DNA of 60,417 nt, counting the filler. It is 4 parts of 4 records of this genome, joined end to end, with 100 filler letters (N's around TTAATTAATTAA, not from the genome) between each part and the next. Parts side by side here need not be neighbours in the genome. Positions count along the whole stretch, not along the records: positions 1 to 20,816 come from DRR723986_6427; 3 more parts are not named here. One strand, 5' to 3'. Each line of letters begins with the position of its first letter. Positions within the stretch are counted from its first letter, which is position 1. The notes under the pieces are model-generated. The model had not been told where the DNA came from. It searched no databases and saw only the letters and a list, made by a program, of their open reading frames with translations. Shown here one piece after another: positions 9,684-19,249 of the stretch. The position numbers and the translations under genes were made by a program.

Positions 9684-10979
9684 TTGGAATCCTGGGCAAA
9701 AGATACGGATGATCGCGATCTCGAACGACTCTTCGCCGAAGCACGTCGCTACCCTCTGCTGACCGCGGAGGAAGAACGGGAGATTGATGAGCGCAAATGG
9801 GGTGCGGTGGCAGCGCTCCAGGACGCGATGGTATCTGACAGCGCGGCCCGCGGCTGGCTAACGGCCTGGGCTGATCACTGCGGCCACGTGGCACCCGACA
9901 TTAACCGTTTTCGCAGCCGTGACCTGCACTTCGTACTCCGCCGGGAACTGGTCGATTATCTGGATGGCGGGGACCGCGCCACCGAGGCAGCATCGCTGGG
10001 CGCGCGGCTGCGCAAGGCTCGCTCAGCAGAAACCCGTCGCGGCGTGGTGGCGGAGCTTGCACTGCCCGCCAGCCTGGCCGTCGGCCTGGCGGTGTGGATC
10101 CTGCGCAAGCAGGGCCGACACACGGCAGACACTGTGGCTGACGGACTGGAGGACTGGGAATCGCAGTGGCCAGCCCCGGAAGTACACACCGCCGTCAGCG
10201 CAAGCTGGCTTAAAGACATGGCGGAAGCGCTGCGCAACTACACCGAGGCACGGGACACCCTCGTCATGCATAACCTGCGTCTCGTCTACTCGATTGCCGG
10301 ACGCAATACAGGCCGCGGAATCGCCTACCTGGACCTGATCCAGGAAGGCACCCTGGGCCTGCTGCGAGCCGCAGAGAAGTACGAAAGCGCCAAGGGTTTC
10401 CGCTTCAGCACCTACTGCTTCAACTGGATCACGCAATCCGTGCGCCGGTTCATCGGCGATTCCGGAGGCCTCATCCGCTACCCAACCCATGTCCAGGAGC
10501 AGGTCGCCAGGCTTTACCGGGAGCGCTCGCAGCAGAAAGCGCTGACCGGGACTGAGCCGCAGGACGTGGACCTCGCGCGGGCCGCCGGCATCAGCCTGGA
10601 TAAAACCCGCGAGCTGCTCCAGCTACGCAACCTGGGGGTCTCTCTGGACGCCCCCCAGTTCGACGACGATGACGGCAGCCTGCTCGACACCATCCCCGGC
10701 GGCCCCTTCGGGGATACCCGGGAGACTGCGGAGATCGACTCCCTGAACCGCTGCCTGCTGTCGAGCATGGACGCGCTGGAACCGGCGGAACGTGAGGTGG
10801 TGATCGCCCGCTGGGGACTGCACTCCGGTCCACCGCTGTCCCGGGCGGAGATAGCCGACCGCATGTCGGTCAGCCGTGAGTGGGTACGCCAGCTGGAACG
10901 CTCCGCACTGGACAAGCTGAGCCGCTCCAACACCATCCGCGATGCCTATGAGGATTATGGCAGCGTCTCCTCCTGGTAG
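9684..10979 (+). CDS. RNA polymerase sigma-70 family factor (RpoD/RpoS-like, regions 1.2-4)
   Basis: 'YPLLTAEEE', 'HNLRLVYSIA', 'DLIQEGTLGLLRAAEKY..KGFRFSTY', 'VSREWVRQLERSALDKL'; TTG start chosen after GGAG (track start 9612). Confidence 0.9.
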   Translation: MESWAKDTDDRDLERLFAEARRYPLLTAEEEREIDERKWGAVAALQDAMVSDSAARGWLTAWADHCGHVAPDINRFRSRDLHFVLRRELVDYLDGGDRATEAASLGARLRKARSAETRRGVVAELALPASLAVGLAVWILRKQGRHTADTVADGLEDWESQWPAPEVHTAVSASWLKDMAEALRNYTEARDTLVMHNLRLVYSIAGRNTGRGIAYLDLIQEGTLGLLRAAEKYESAKGFRFSTYCFNWITQSVRRFIGDSGGLIRYPTHVQEQVARLYRERSQQKALTGTEPQDVDLARAAGISLDKTRELLQLRNLGVSLDAPQFDDDDGSLLDTIPGGPFGDTRETAEIDSLNRCLLSSMDALEPAEREVVIARWGLHSGPPLSRAEIADRMSVSREWVRQLERSALDKLSRSNTIRDAYEDYGSVSSW

Positions 10980-10987
10980 GCCCGCGC

Positions 10988-11872
10988 TTACAGGCTGGCT
11001 GCCAGGGCTTCGTCAATGGCGGGAAACTGGAACTCGAAGCCAGCAGCAAGTAGCGCCCGGGGCAACACCCGTTGCCCCGTAATCAGCAGTTCCTCGGCCA
11101 TTTCTCCAACCAGCAAGCGCATCACCGGTGCCGGCATCGGAGCGGTGACCAGGGTGCGCAGCTGTCGCTTCATGGCAGTGCATAGCTGACGGCTGGTTAC
11201 CGGCTCCGGCGCGGTGAGGTTGAACGGACCCGAGAGGTCATCACGGCGCAGCAGAAAGAGCATCGCCGCAACAACATCGGCGCGGTGAACCCAACTCAGC
11301 CACTGTTGACCGGAGCCAATCCAGTTGGCAAGCCCGAAACGGAAGGGTCGAGCCATTTCCTTAAGTGCGCCACCGTCCCTGTCGAGCACCACGCCCAGCC
11401 GCAGCAGACAGGTCCTCAGGCCGGCAGACGCCAGTGCCGCTGCTTCCTGCTCCCAGGCAACACACAGCGTCGCCGCGAAGCCGTCACCCGCCGGTGAGGA
11501 TTCATCCAGGCGTGTATCGTCCTGCGGACCGTAATAGCCGATGGCACTGGCGCTGAGCAGTATCCCCGGGGGCCGTTGCAAGCGCCGGCATAGCTGTGCC
11601 AGGGCGCGGGTTGTGTCGATACGGCTGGCGACGATTTCCCGCTTGTAAGCGCTATTCCAGCGTCGACCAGCGAGGGAGGCGCCGGCGAGGTTGATGATGG
11701 CGTCGATGTCTGCGGTATCTTCCAGCTCGTCGAAGTGACGCAGGTAGACCAGCCCCGCTTGCGACGTATGGGTGCTGCGACTCAACACCAGCAGCTCGTG
11801 CCCGGCGGCGCGCAGGGCCGGCAGCAGTGCCTCGCCGATGAAGCCCGTTCCCCCAGTTACCAGTATCCGCAT
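10988..11872 (-). CDS. TIGR01777 family epimerase/oxidoreductase
   Basis: 'ILVTGGTGFIG', 'INLAGA', 'SASAIGYYG', 'GSGQQWLSWVH'. Confidence 0.93.
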   Translation of the reverse strand: MRILVTGGTGFIGEALLPALRAAGHELLVLSRSTHTSQAGLVYLRHFDELEDTADIDAIINLAGASLAGRRWNSAYKREIVASRIDTTRALAQLCRRLQRPPGILLSASAIGYYGPQDDTRLDESSPAGDGFAATLCVAWEQEAAALASAGLRTCLLRLGVVLDRDGGALKEMARPFRFGLANWIGSGQQWLSWVHRADVVAAMLFLLRRDDLSGPFNLTAPEPVTSRQLCTAMKRQLRTLVTAPMPAPVMRLLVGEMAEELLITGQRVLPRALLAAGFEFQFPAIDEALAASL

Positions 11873-11899
11873 TAGCCAATCCTCGTCTTTACCTGCAGT

Positions 11900-11925
11900 T
11901 TACGCCTTGGGGGTGATTCGGATCA
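11900..11925 (-). promoter_or_regulatory. Putative sigmaE(ChrR)-type promoter TGATCC-N15-CGTAA
   Basis: Minus strand TGATCC gaatcacccccaagg CGTAA, 27 bp upstream of TIGR01777. Confidence 0.65.
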
Positions 11926-11974
11926 GCCTGGCCCCGGGGAATCCCCCACGCGGCTGCCACCGTATAATCCCCTG

Positions 11975-12850
11975 ATGAACGCCCTTCCCGACCCACGCGA
12001 CAGCCACCGCCTACTCGACTTTTTCGAGCGCCACCGGCGTGTGGTCGTGCTGACCGGAGCTGGCGTCAGTGTCCAATCCGGCATACCGACCTACCGCGAT
12101 CACCAGGGCAGCTGGCTGCGCTCAGACCCTATCCAACACCAGGCTTTTGTCAGCCAGTCTGCAGCCAGGCAGCGCTATTGGGGTCGCTCGATGATCGGCT
12201 GGCCCGGGGTACGGGATGCGCGCCCCAATGACGCCCACCGGGCGCTGGCCCGCCTCGAGGCGCTGGGCAGGATCGAACTGCTCATAACCCAGAATGTCGA
12301 TCGTTTGCATCAGCGGGCCGGGAGCAGTGCGGTCGTCGACCTGCACGGTCGCCTGGACCGCGTAATCTGTCTCGCTTGCGGTGATGGGAACGCGCGGGAG
12401 AACATGCAACACCGGCTCGAGCGCAGCAACCCGCAGTTGCTCAGCCACCCTTCCCTGCCCAGACCGGACGGCGATGCCGACCTTGAAGAAGCGCTGGTTG
12501 CGACTATCCGCGTTCCTGATTGTCAGCTCTGCAGCGGCACGCTGATGCCTGACGTGGTGTTTTTCGGCGGCTCCGTACCCCGGGACCGGGTCGATCACTG
12601 CCTCGCCGCGATTGAGCGTGCCGACGCCCTGCTGGTCGTCGGCAGCTCCCTGAAGGTCTACTCTGGTTACCGCTTCTGCCGCAAGGCGGCGGCGTGCGGC
12701 CGGCCGATCGCTATCGTGAATCCGGGTATCACCCGGGCCGACGAACTGGCGACGGTGAAACTGCGTGCCGACTGCGGGCCACTCCTGGCCCAGGCCGCCG
12801 AGACGCTGGCCAGCGGCAGCAACTCAAGCGCCCCCGGCACGCACGTCTGA
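11975..12850 (+). CDS. NAD-dependent deacylase, sirtuin (SIRT4-like class II)
   Basis: 'LTGAGVSVQSGIPTYR', 'YWGRSMIGW', 'ITQNVDRLH', 'DLHG', two CxxC, 'RPDGDAD', 'GSSL'. Confidence 0.93.
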   Translation: MNALPDPRDSHRLLDFFERHRRVVVLTGAGVSVQSGIPTYRDHQGSWLRSDPIQHQAFVSQSAARQRYWGRSMIGWPGVRDARPNDAHRALARLEALGRIELLITQNVDRLHQRAGSSAVVDLHGRLDRVICLACGDGNARENMQHRLERSNPQLLSHPSLPRPDGDADLEEALVATIRVPDCQLCSGTLMPDVVFFGGSVPRDRVDHCLAAIERADALLVVGSSLKVYSGYRFCRKAAACGRPIAIVNPGITRADELATVKLRADCGPLLAQAAETLASGSNSSAPGTHV

Positions 12851-13288
12851 CATACGCTCCCGGTAGTCCCAACTGAAGATCCGGGATGGCGTGATCGATA
12901 AAACCAATTCCTCTTCCCGGCGCGACAACAGCCACTGGGCCACGCTCGACTCGCTACTGCCCAGATAGCGCTGAATCAGCCGATCCAGGATATCGCTATC
13001 CCCCAAGGGGGCCATTTCCACGAGACCCTGACCGCGCACACCGTGATAAGGCGGCTCATTGGGCGCTATTTCGAAGCCCGCGCGCGGATTTCGGTTGAGC
13101 AGCTTTACCAGCGGGGACTCGCGGTGGGACACACAGTGCAACTGCCCGGCATCGGCGGAATACCACAGTGAGACAACCCGGGGAAAGCCGTCCTTCCCGA
13201 CACAGGCCAGGCGCAGGGGGAAGTTAACTGCGGCGAGAAAATCCCACACCCCGGCCTCTGGCCAGGGTCCCTTGAACTGGGTGCTCAT
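12824..13288 (-). CDS. Pyridoxamine 5'-phosphate oxidase-like (FMN split barrel) protein
   Basis: 'LRLACVGKDGFPRVVSLWY', 'RNPRAGFEI', 'GVRGQG', 'SWDY'. Confidence 0.8.
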   Translation of the reverse strand: MSTQFKGPWPEAGVWDFLAAVNFPLRLACVGKDGFPRVVSLWYSADAGQLHCVSHRESPLVKLLNRNPRAGFEIAPNEPPYHGVRGQGLVEMAPLGDSDILDRLIQRYLGSSESSVAQWLLSRREEELVLSITPSRIFSWDYRERMSDVRAGGA

Positions 13289-13351
13289 GAATGGCTGTCC
13301 TCGTCCAAAATCACTAAAGCGCGCAGTATAAACGCATAATCCGTCACCGTA

Positions 13352-13378
13352 TGATCCCCAGCGCTCCCCAAGGCGTAA
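13352..13378 (+). promoter_or_regulatory. Putative sigmaE(ChrR)-type promoter TGATCC-N16-CGTAA
   Basis: TGATCC ccagcgctccccaagg CGTAA ending 7 bp before the photolyase ATG (near-leaderless). Confidence 0.65.
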
Positions 13379-13385
13379 TACTGGC

Positions 13386-14840
13386 ATGACCACACCGCTA
13401 ATCTACTGGTTCCGACAGGATTTACGCACCCAGGATCTGCCAGGGCTGGCAGCCGCGCTGGCGACCGGCCGCCCGGTTATCCCTGTCTATATCCTCGACG
13501 ACGAGAGCCCCGGAGACTGGTCACTGGGCAGCGCCAGTCGCTGGTGGCTGCACCACAGCCTGCAGGCTTTGGCACAGGACATCGCCGAGCTTGGCGGCTC
13601 ATTGGTCCTGCGCCGCGGTAATGCGCTGAACTGCCTGTCTGAGCTGCTGCGGGAAACCGGCGCAGAGGGCGTTTACTGCAGCCAGCTGTTTGAGCCCTGG
13701 GCCAGTGCACTCGAACAGCGCCTGCATCAGGCCTTGAGCGCTGATGGGCAGGAGATTCGGCGCTTCCCCGGCACCTTGTTGTTTCAGCCGGACGCTGTGC
13801 GCAATCAGTCGGGGCTGCCCTTCAAGGTGTACACCCCGTTCTGGCGCGCCTGCCGCCGCATGGATCCCCCACCTCGACCTCGCGCCCTGCCCACCGACGG
13901 CAGCTGGTTCCAGGAACCCTGCACCAGCGAAGCCCTGGCAGACTGGCAACTCCTCCCCCGCAACCCCGACTGGGCAGCAGGCTGGGAGGCGCTCTGGACC
14001 CCCGGCCAGGCCGGGGCCAAGGACCGACTGCAGCAGTTCCTAAACGGCCCGGTGGCCGACTACGCCGAGGGTCGCGACCAACCCGCCCTGGAGTGCACAT
14101 CGAAACTGTCGCCACACCTTCGCTTTGGGGAAATTTCCCCCAGGACTATCTGGCACAGCGCCCTGGAGCATGGACGGCAGCAGCCATCAATCAACTCGGC
14201 CACTGACAAGTTCCTGAGTGAATTGGGATGGCGGGAGTTTTCCTACCACCTTCTCGCCCACTTTCCGAACATTCCGGAGCAGCCGTTCAAGGCACAGTTC
14301 GAAGCGTTTCCATGGCTGGGCCAGCAACAGAACCTGCTCGCCTGGCAGCGCGGCCAGACAGGCTACCCGGTAGTGGATGCAGGGATGCGCGAACTCTGGC
14401 ACACCGGCTATATGCACAATCGTATTCGCATGGTGGTTGCCTCTTTTCTTACCAAGCACCTGCTCACGCACTGGCGCGCCGGCGAGAACTGGTTCTGGGA
14501 CACGCTGCTTGATGCCGACCTGGCCAATAACGCCTGCAGCTGGCAGTGGGTTGCGGGCTCGGGAGCGGATGCATCGCCTTACTTTCGGATCTTCAACCCG
14601 GTCGCCCAGGGCGAAAAGTTTGACAAGCAGGGCGAGTACGTCAGGCGCTGGGTGCCGGAACTGGCCGCAATGCCCGACAAATACCTGCACCGCCCGTGGG
14701 AGGCGCCCGAGGATGTGTTGCGCTCCGCCGGGGTAAGCCTCGGCGACAGTTACCCGGAGCCTATCGTCGAGCATAAGGCGGCCAGAGAGGCCGCACTCGC
14801 CGCCTATGGCGCAATCCGCAATGATCCCGGAAGCAGCTAG
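13386..14840 (+). CDS. phrB: Deoxyribodipyrimidine photolyase
   Basis: 'WFRQDLR', 'SKLSPHLRFGEIS', 'LGWREF', 'TGYMHNRIRM', 'DADLANN..SWQW', 'YFRIFNP'. Confidence 0.97.
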   Translation: MTTPLIYWFRQDLRTQDLPGLAAALATGRPVIPVYILDDESPGDWSLGSASRWWLHHSLQALAQDIAELGGSLVLRRGNALNCLSELLRETGAEGVYCSQLFEPWASALEQRLHQALSADGQEIRRFPGTLLFQPDAVRNQSGLPFKVYTPFWRACRRMDPPPRPRALPTDGSWFQEPCTSEALADWQLLPRNPDWAAGWEALWTPGQAGAKDRLQQFLNGPVADYAEGRDQPALECTSKLSPHLRFGEISPRTIWHSALEHGRQQPSINSATDKFLSELGWREFSYHLLAHFPNIPEQPFKAQFEAFPWLGQQQNLLAWQRGQTGYPVVDAGMRELWHTGYMHNRIRMVVASFLTKHLLTHWRAGENWFWDTLLDADLANNACSWQWVAGSGADASPYFRIFNPVAQGEKFDKQGEYVRRWVPELAAMPDKYLHRPWEAPEDVLRSAGVSLGDSYPEPIVEHKAAREAALAAYGAIRNDPGSS

Positions 14841-14935
14841 GGCTGGCGGGCGACATCTGCCAAAGGCCCATATTTGTAATTTGGCAAAAAGCGCCTAGCA
14901 TGAAGGCAAGATCACCTCGATTCGGAGACGCACAC

Positions 14936-15202
14936 ATGACTTCACTTAAACTCCTGGTTGCTGGCCTCGCCCTGACGCTGCCTGTGCTTGCGGTACATGC
15001 CCAGGATCTGGGTAAGCTGGTAGAAGCTGTTGATACAGACAAGGCTGCAGACTCGGTCGATACCGAGAAGATGAAGGATGCGGTCAGCACCGATGGCGTG
15101 GACTATGAGAAGGCCTACGATGCGGTGGACAAGGAAAAAGCCGCGGATTCCGTCGACATGGACAAGGTCAAGGGAGCGCTGATGGGGGACGACGGCGAGT
15201 AA
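14936..15202 (+). CDS. Small secreted acidic protein with internal 'AVDxxKAADSVD' repeat
   Basis: Signal peptide, GGAG RBS, duplicated motif. Confidence 0.7.
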   Translation: MTSLKLLVAGLALTLPVLAVHAQDLGKLVEAVDTDKAADSVDTEKMKDAVSTDGVDYEKAYDAVDKEKAADSVDMDKVKGALMGDDGE

Positions 15203-15226
15203 CAAACACCGCCGCCCCGCCCCGAC

Positions 15227-15850
15227 TTAACGGTTCCTGCGACGCCAGTCCCAGGGTGGCTCAGGGTCGGGGTCTGCCCACAAACCACGTCCTTCGGCGC
15301 GCGCCTGCGTCTCGGCATCTTGCAGGTCCTGCCGGTTCCGGGCGTGGTAGCGGTACCACCAGGCATAACCCTGGGCCACCATCGCCGTATTGATATTTTC
15401 GGCGCCCACATAAACTGTTGCCACCTGGCGCTGGTAATCATCCACATCGACCACAACGAGGCTCACATCTGCGCCATCGAGCAAGCCCGTGAGTGCCTTG
15501 CGGGCTGCTTTTCCGTAGGCCTGCCCGAGTTCGGGGGCGTCGATGCCGTAGAAGCGAATCTTGTATTGCTGTTTATTGTGATCCAGGACCGAGATGGTAT
15601 CGCCATCTGAAATTCGCACCACCCTCCCCTCGATATCGAACTTACGCGGCGTGCCGGGTGCCGCCTCATTGAGGGCATCCGTTGCCTTGCGCCAGCCCGA
15701 CTCGGGTCGGTTTAGATAGGTAGCAAGTTCCTGCTGAACAGCAGCCAGCCATTTCACTTCCCCGGTATCAACGAACTGGTACAGGGATAAACCTCCGAGC
15801 GCCAGAACGACGTAAAACACATGACGTTTACGGGCCGTTCGTTTCGTCAC
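15227..15850 (-). CDS. Thermonuclease (SNase-like) family protein
   Basis: 'ISDGDTI', 'IRFYGIDAPELGQAYG', 'ARAEGRGLW..PPWDWR'. Confidence 0.93.
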   Translation of the reverse strand: MTKRTARKRHVFYVVLALGGLSLYQFVDTGEVKWLAAVQQELATYLNRPESGWRKATDALNEAAPGTPRKFDIEGRVVRISDGDTISVLDHNKQQYKIRFYGIDAPELGQAYGKAARKALTGLLDGADVSLVVVDVDDYQRQVATVYVGAENINTAMVAQGYAWWYRYHARNRQDLQDAETQARAEGRGLWADPDPEPPWDWRRRNR

Positions 15851-16148
15851 TTGCAGGAACTCCGGTGTTGATGCGCCACAGCCAGTATGCCTGAGTCGCT
15901 CGGTCTCAGCGACAAATCCACAGCCCGCTGTTCAACAATATTAAACACTCGCCATCTCCCGGCCTGCGTATAGTCAGTTAGCCAATTGTTTGCCGAGAGA
16001 GATCGCCAAACCAAAAAGCTTACTGGATGCCGTTTCATCGGCCGACCTAAAGGTTGCAGCACTTTGACTAGATAATCAGTCAAGGAACACGGGTGCCGCG
16101 GCCCTCAGCCAGGCACTTGATCATTGCTCAAACGCACGAGGTGCGCTT

Positions 16149-17186
16149 ATGACATACCGTCTACCTTTACTGCTGCTTCTTGGCTGCAGCCAAAGCCTTG
16201 CCCAAAGCACCCCGTCCGAACTTGCTGAAATGAGCTTCGACGAACTTTTTTTCATTGACGCGAGCGATAGCGGCTCAACGACCCCATGGACCGTGGGCTA
16301 TCTGTACAAAATGGCCGAATACAAGGGCTATCTCGATGGCGACTCCGCCTTGAGCAACGAGGAGGTGTTGTGGCGCCCGCCCGGCGAAGCCAGAACATCC
16401 GATAACTTTCCGGTTGTCCCTACCTGTATTATTCAGGAGGTGCATACCGTTTCCATAGGGTATGAGATCTCTCCCAAGTGGCACGTCAATGTCTTGGTGC
16501 CCTATATCCGCCAGGAGACCGATCACATCAGTATCGTGGGTGGTTACGACACCTTTATCATTGAGACCGATGGACTTGGCGATATAACCACCCAGGCAAG
16601 CTACAGGTGGAACAGTAGCAGCTCGGAAGCGTGGTTGTTCGGGTTTGGCGTGAGACTGCCGACCGGCTCAATTGATGAAGAGGGTGACACACCGCGCGCT
16701 CCGGGGGACCAGCAGCTTCCCTATACCATGCAGCTGGGTTCAGGCACTTATGATTTTCCACTTGATCTCAGGTATCAACTGACAGGGGAGCACCAGTTAA
16801 CGTTTGGCGCCTCAGCCAACATACGAACCGGGACCAACGATCGTGGCTACCGATTGGGCAACAACTACAAGCTGTCCAGCCAATATTCCACCGACCTATC
16901 ACCAACCGTAGAGTTCTTTAGTGGCGCCAGCTTGGAGTACAGCGACTCAATTCACGGAAAGGACGACGCCTTGCTGTTTCCCGGCCCCTACCCATACCCG
17001 GCATCAATCACCAATCCGGATCTGTTTGGCGGGAAAAAAGTGAACTTCAATATCGGCTTGTTGTGGGAAGCTACCAGTGACTTCTTTGTGAAACTGGATA
17101 TCAATAAGCCGCTCTACCAGCATCTGAATGGGCCACAGCCAAAGGAGAATTGGACTGGCGCATTTTCTCTGAGTAAAAAACTTTAG
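16149..17186 (+). CDS. Putative outer-membrane beta-barrel protein (MetA/SphA-like transporter)
   Basis: Signal peptide, 'GLGDI', 'LPTG', 'MQLGSGTYD', amphipathic strands. Confidence 0.7.
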   Translation: MTYRLPLLLLLGCSQSLAQSTPSELAEMSFDELFFIDASDSGSTTPWTVGYLYKMAEYKGYLDGDSALSNEEVLWRPPGEARTSDNFPVVPTCIIQEVHTVSIGYEISPKWHVNVLVPYIRQETDHISIVGGYDTFIIETDGLGDITTQASYRWNSSSSEAWLFGFGVRLPTGSIDEEGDTPRAPGDQQLPYTMQLGSGTYDFPLDLRYQLTGEHQLTFGASANIRTGTNDRGYRLGNNYKLSSQYSTDLSPTVEFFSGASLEYSDSIHGKDDALLFPGPYPYPASITNPDLFGGKKVNFNIGLLWEATSDFFVKLDINKPLYQHLNGPQPKENWTGAFSLSKKL

Positions 17187-17213
17187 TCGGGCTTCGGCGG
17201 GCTATCTCAGGAC

Positions 17214-17741
17214 ATGACCGATCCAGTAATAAAGATACTGGTCTTTAGCTTTGGGCTAATCCTCAGCTCAACGGTCACGTCTGGTGTACATGCTGCGGGT
17301 GATCTTGGAAAGAGCGGACAGCTGAAAGCGGCCTATCTGTTCAATTTCACAAAGTATATCTCCTGGCCGAGCGCTGATGATAATTCAAAGGCTCCCGTAC
17401 TTCGTCTTTGTGTCGACGCTACCGCACCCTTTAAGAATTTTCTGGACGAGATTAGCAATGGCAAACGTGTGGGCAGGTCGCGCTACCGTTTGAATATCGA
17501 AAACCTGGAGACGGCGAGCAGCTGCGACTTGATTTACCTCAGCAGGGAGACGAGCAAACTGGCCGAACCGTTGAGCGACGCTGTAATCGTCGCCGACGCA
17601 GCCAGCGTCTATCCAGCAGGACCCGATATCACTTTTTATTATCTGGACAAAAAACTACGCTTTGAAATAAATCTCGAGCAGGCTAGCCGGAAAAACGTGT
17701 CCATAAGCTCTGAGCTACTGAAGCTTGCGAGAATCAAATGA
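17214..17741 (+). CDS. YfiR family protein (DUF4154)
   Basis: 'LKAAYLFNFTKYISWP' and 'KLRFEINL..A....ISSELLKLA'. Confidence 0.92.
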   Translation: MTDPVIKILVFSFGLILSSTVTSGVHAAGDLGKSGQLKAAYLFNFTKYISWPSADDNSKAPVLRLCVDATAPFKNFLDEISNGKRVGRSRYRLNIENLETASSCDLIYLSRETSKLAEPLSDAVIVADAASVYPAGPDITFYYLDKKLRFEINLEQASRKNVSISSELLKLARIK

Positions 17742-19171
17742 ATCCTCTGCTAAAAAAATTCCGATTTGGATTCGTTTCCAGGCAACTGATAGCGCTGGTT
17801 TTTATCAATTCCATACCTTTGATTTTCGTTTCAACAGAGCTGCTTTCAGAGAGCTATTCCCATCTTGAAGAAAGACAGGAATTCATGCTGAGCGAACGCC
17901 TGTCATTTATCTCATCAACTGTCGCATCGGCGGTTCTCTTTGACGACGATAGTGCCGCCCAGGAGATACTGTCGGCTCTGAAGCAGGATTCCGACGTTCG
18001 GTACGCCAGAATATACAATCCGGATAACACGCTTTTCTCAGAATATTCCCGACTCGAGAAGATTGACGATACGGGATTCGATACGAGTAATGAGGAAATT
18101 GCTTATGACGGGAGCAAAATCTATCTGCGCAGACAGATCGTGCTTGATGACGAGTATCTCGGTTTTGTGACCATGTCGGCGGATATCTACTATCCGGGCT
18201 ATGGTGGGAGAAACGAGTTCTACCTGGCGCTATTAGCAGTGATCTTCGGCAGTCTTTCCGTGGTCTTTTTCCTGAACTGGTTCGTCCAGAGACGGCTGAA
18301 TGCACCGATCAACAGCTTGATTGAGCTCGTAAGCTATGTATCTCAGACCAAGCGCTACGACAGGCAGCTCAAGGTGCCGGGCGATGAGGATTTCAGCAGG
18401 TTGTTTATCGTCCTCAACGAGATGCTCAACAATCTCAACCTGTATGAAAAAGAGCGTCAAGCCGCATCGGCCCAGATGATTCAGGCGTCGAAGCTTGCAA
18501 CCCTGGGGGAAATGGCAACCTCAGTCGCACACGAATTGAACCAGCCACTGCAAATCATCCGCCTCGCCGTCGCCAACCTGCGACAGAAGCCCGCAGAGTT
18601 TGGCTCCGACCCAGACTATCTGCTGGGCAAACTGGATCGCATTGATGGCCAGGCTGAACGCGCAGCCGTCATCATTGATCACATGCGGATGTTTGGCCGG
18701 GAAGCCAAAGAAGCACTGGAACCGGTTGATCCTCGACGGGTAATAACCAATGCGCTTGAACTCATGGGAGAGCAATTGCGACTGGACGACATCGAGGTTG
18801 TGATGGAGCTTCCGGAAGACTGTTCGTTGGTCATGGGCCATGTCATTCAAATGGAGCAGATCATATTGAATCTGTTGACTAATTCACGCGATGCCATCGA
18901 TGATAACGGCGGAGAGAGAATCATTACCTTGCGTGTGTTCGAAAGCCCTGATGGCGTGCACATTAGCTCAGAGGATACCGGTGGCGGCATTCCCGAGGAG
19001 GTACTGCCCCGTATTTTCGAACCCTTCTACACCACCAAGGGGATCGATCGAGGTACTGGCCTGGGCCTGTCTGTGGCGTACGGCATAGTGCGGGACATGA
19101 AAGGGGCGATTGCCGCAGAAAATACTGACGCGGGTGCCCGGTTCACCATCACCCTGCCACCGGTCCACTGA
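17738..19171 (+). CDS. Sensor histidine kinase with CHASE8-like periplasmic and HAMP domains
   Basis: 'AVLFDDDSAAQEILSAL', H-box 'VAHELNQPL', N-box 'NLLTNSRDA', G-boxes 'DTGGGI', 'GTGLGLS'. Confidence 0.92.
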   Translation: MNPLLKKFRFGFVSRQLIALVFINSIPLIFVSTELLSESYSHLEERQEFMLSERLSFISSTVASAVLFDDDSAAQEILSALKQDSDVRYARIYNPDNTLFSEYSRLEKIDDTGFDTSNEEIAYDGSKIYLRRQIVLDDEYLGFVTMSADIYYPGYGGRNEFYLALLAVIFGSLSVVFFLNWFVQRRLNAPINSLIELVSYVSQTKRYDRQLKVPGDEDFSRLFIVLNEMLNNLNLYEKERQAASAQMIQASKLATLGEMATSVAHELNQPLQIIRLAVANLRQKPAEFGSDPDYLLGKLDRIDGQAERAAVIIDHMRMFGREAKEALEPVDPRRVITNALELMGEQLRLDDIEVVMELPEDCSLVMGHVIQMEQIILNLLTNSRDAIDDNGGERIITLRVFESPDGVHISSEDTGGGIPEEVLPRIFEPFYTTKGIDRGTGLGLSVAYGIVRDMKGAIAAENTDAGARFTITLPPVH

Positions 19172-19249
19172 ACGTCAAAGCGGCCATGAGCCGCTGTTTC
19201 TCACTCCAGCCAGCCTCTACTGCGCTCGCCTGCTGCGTCTGGGATCACC

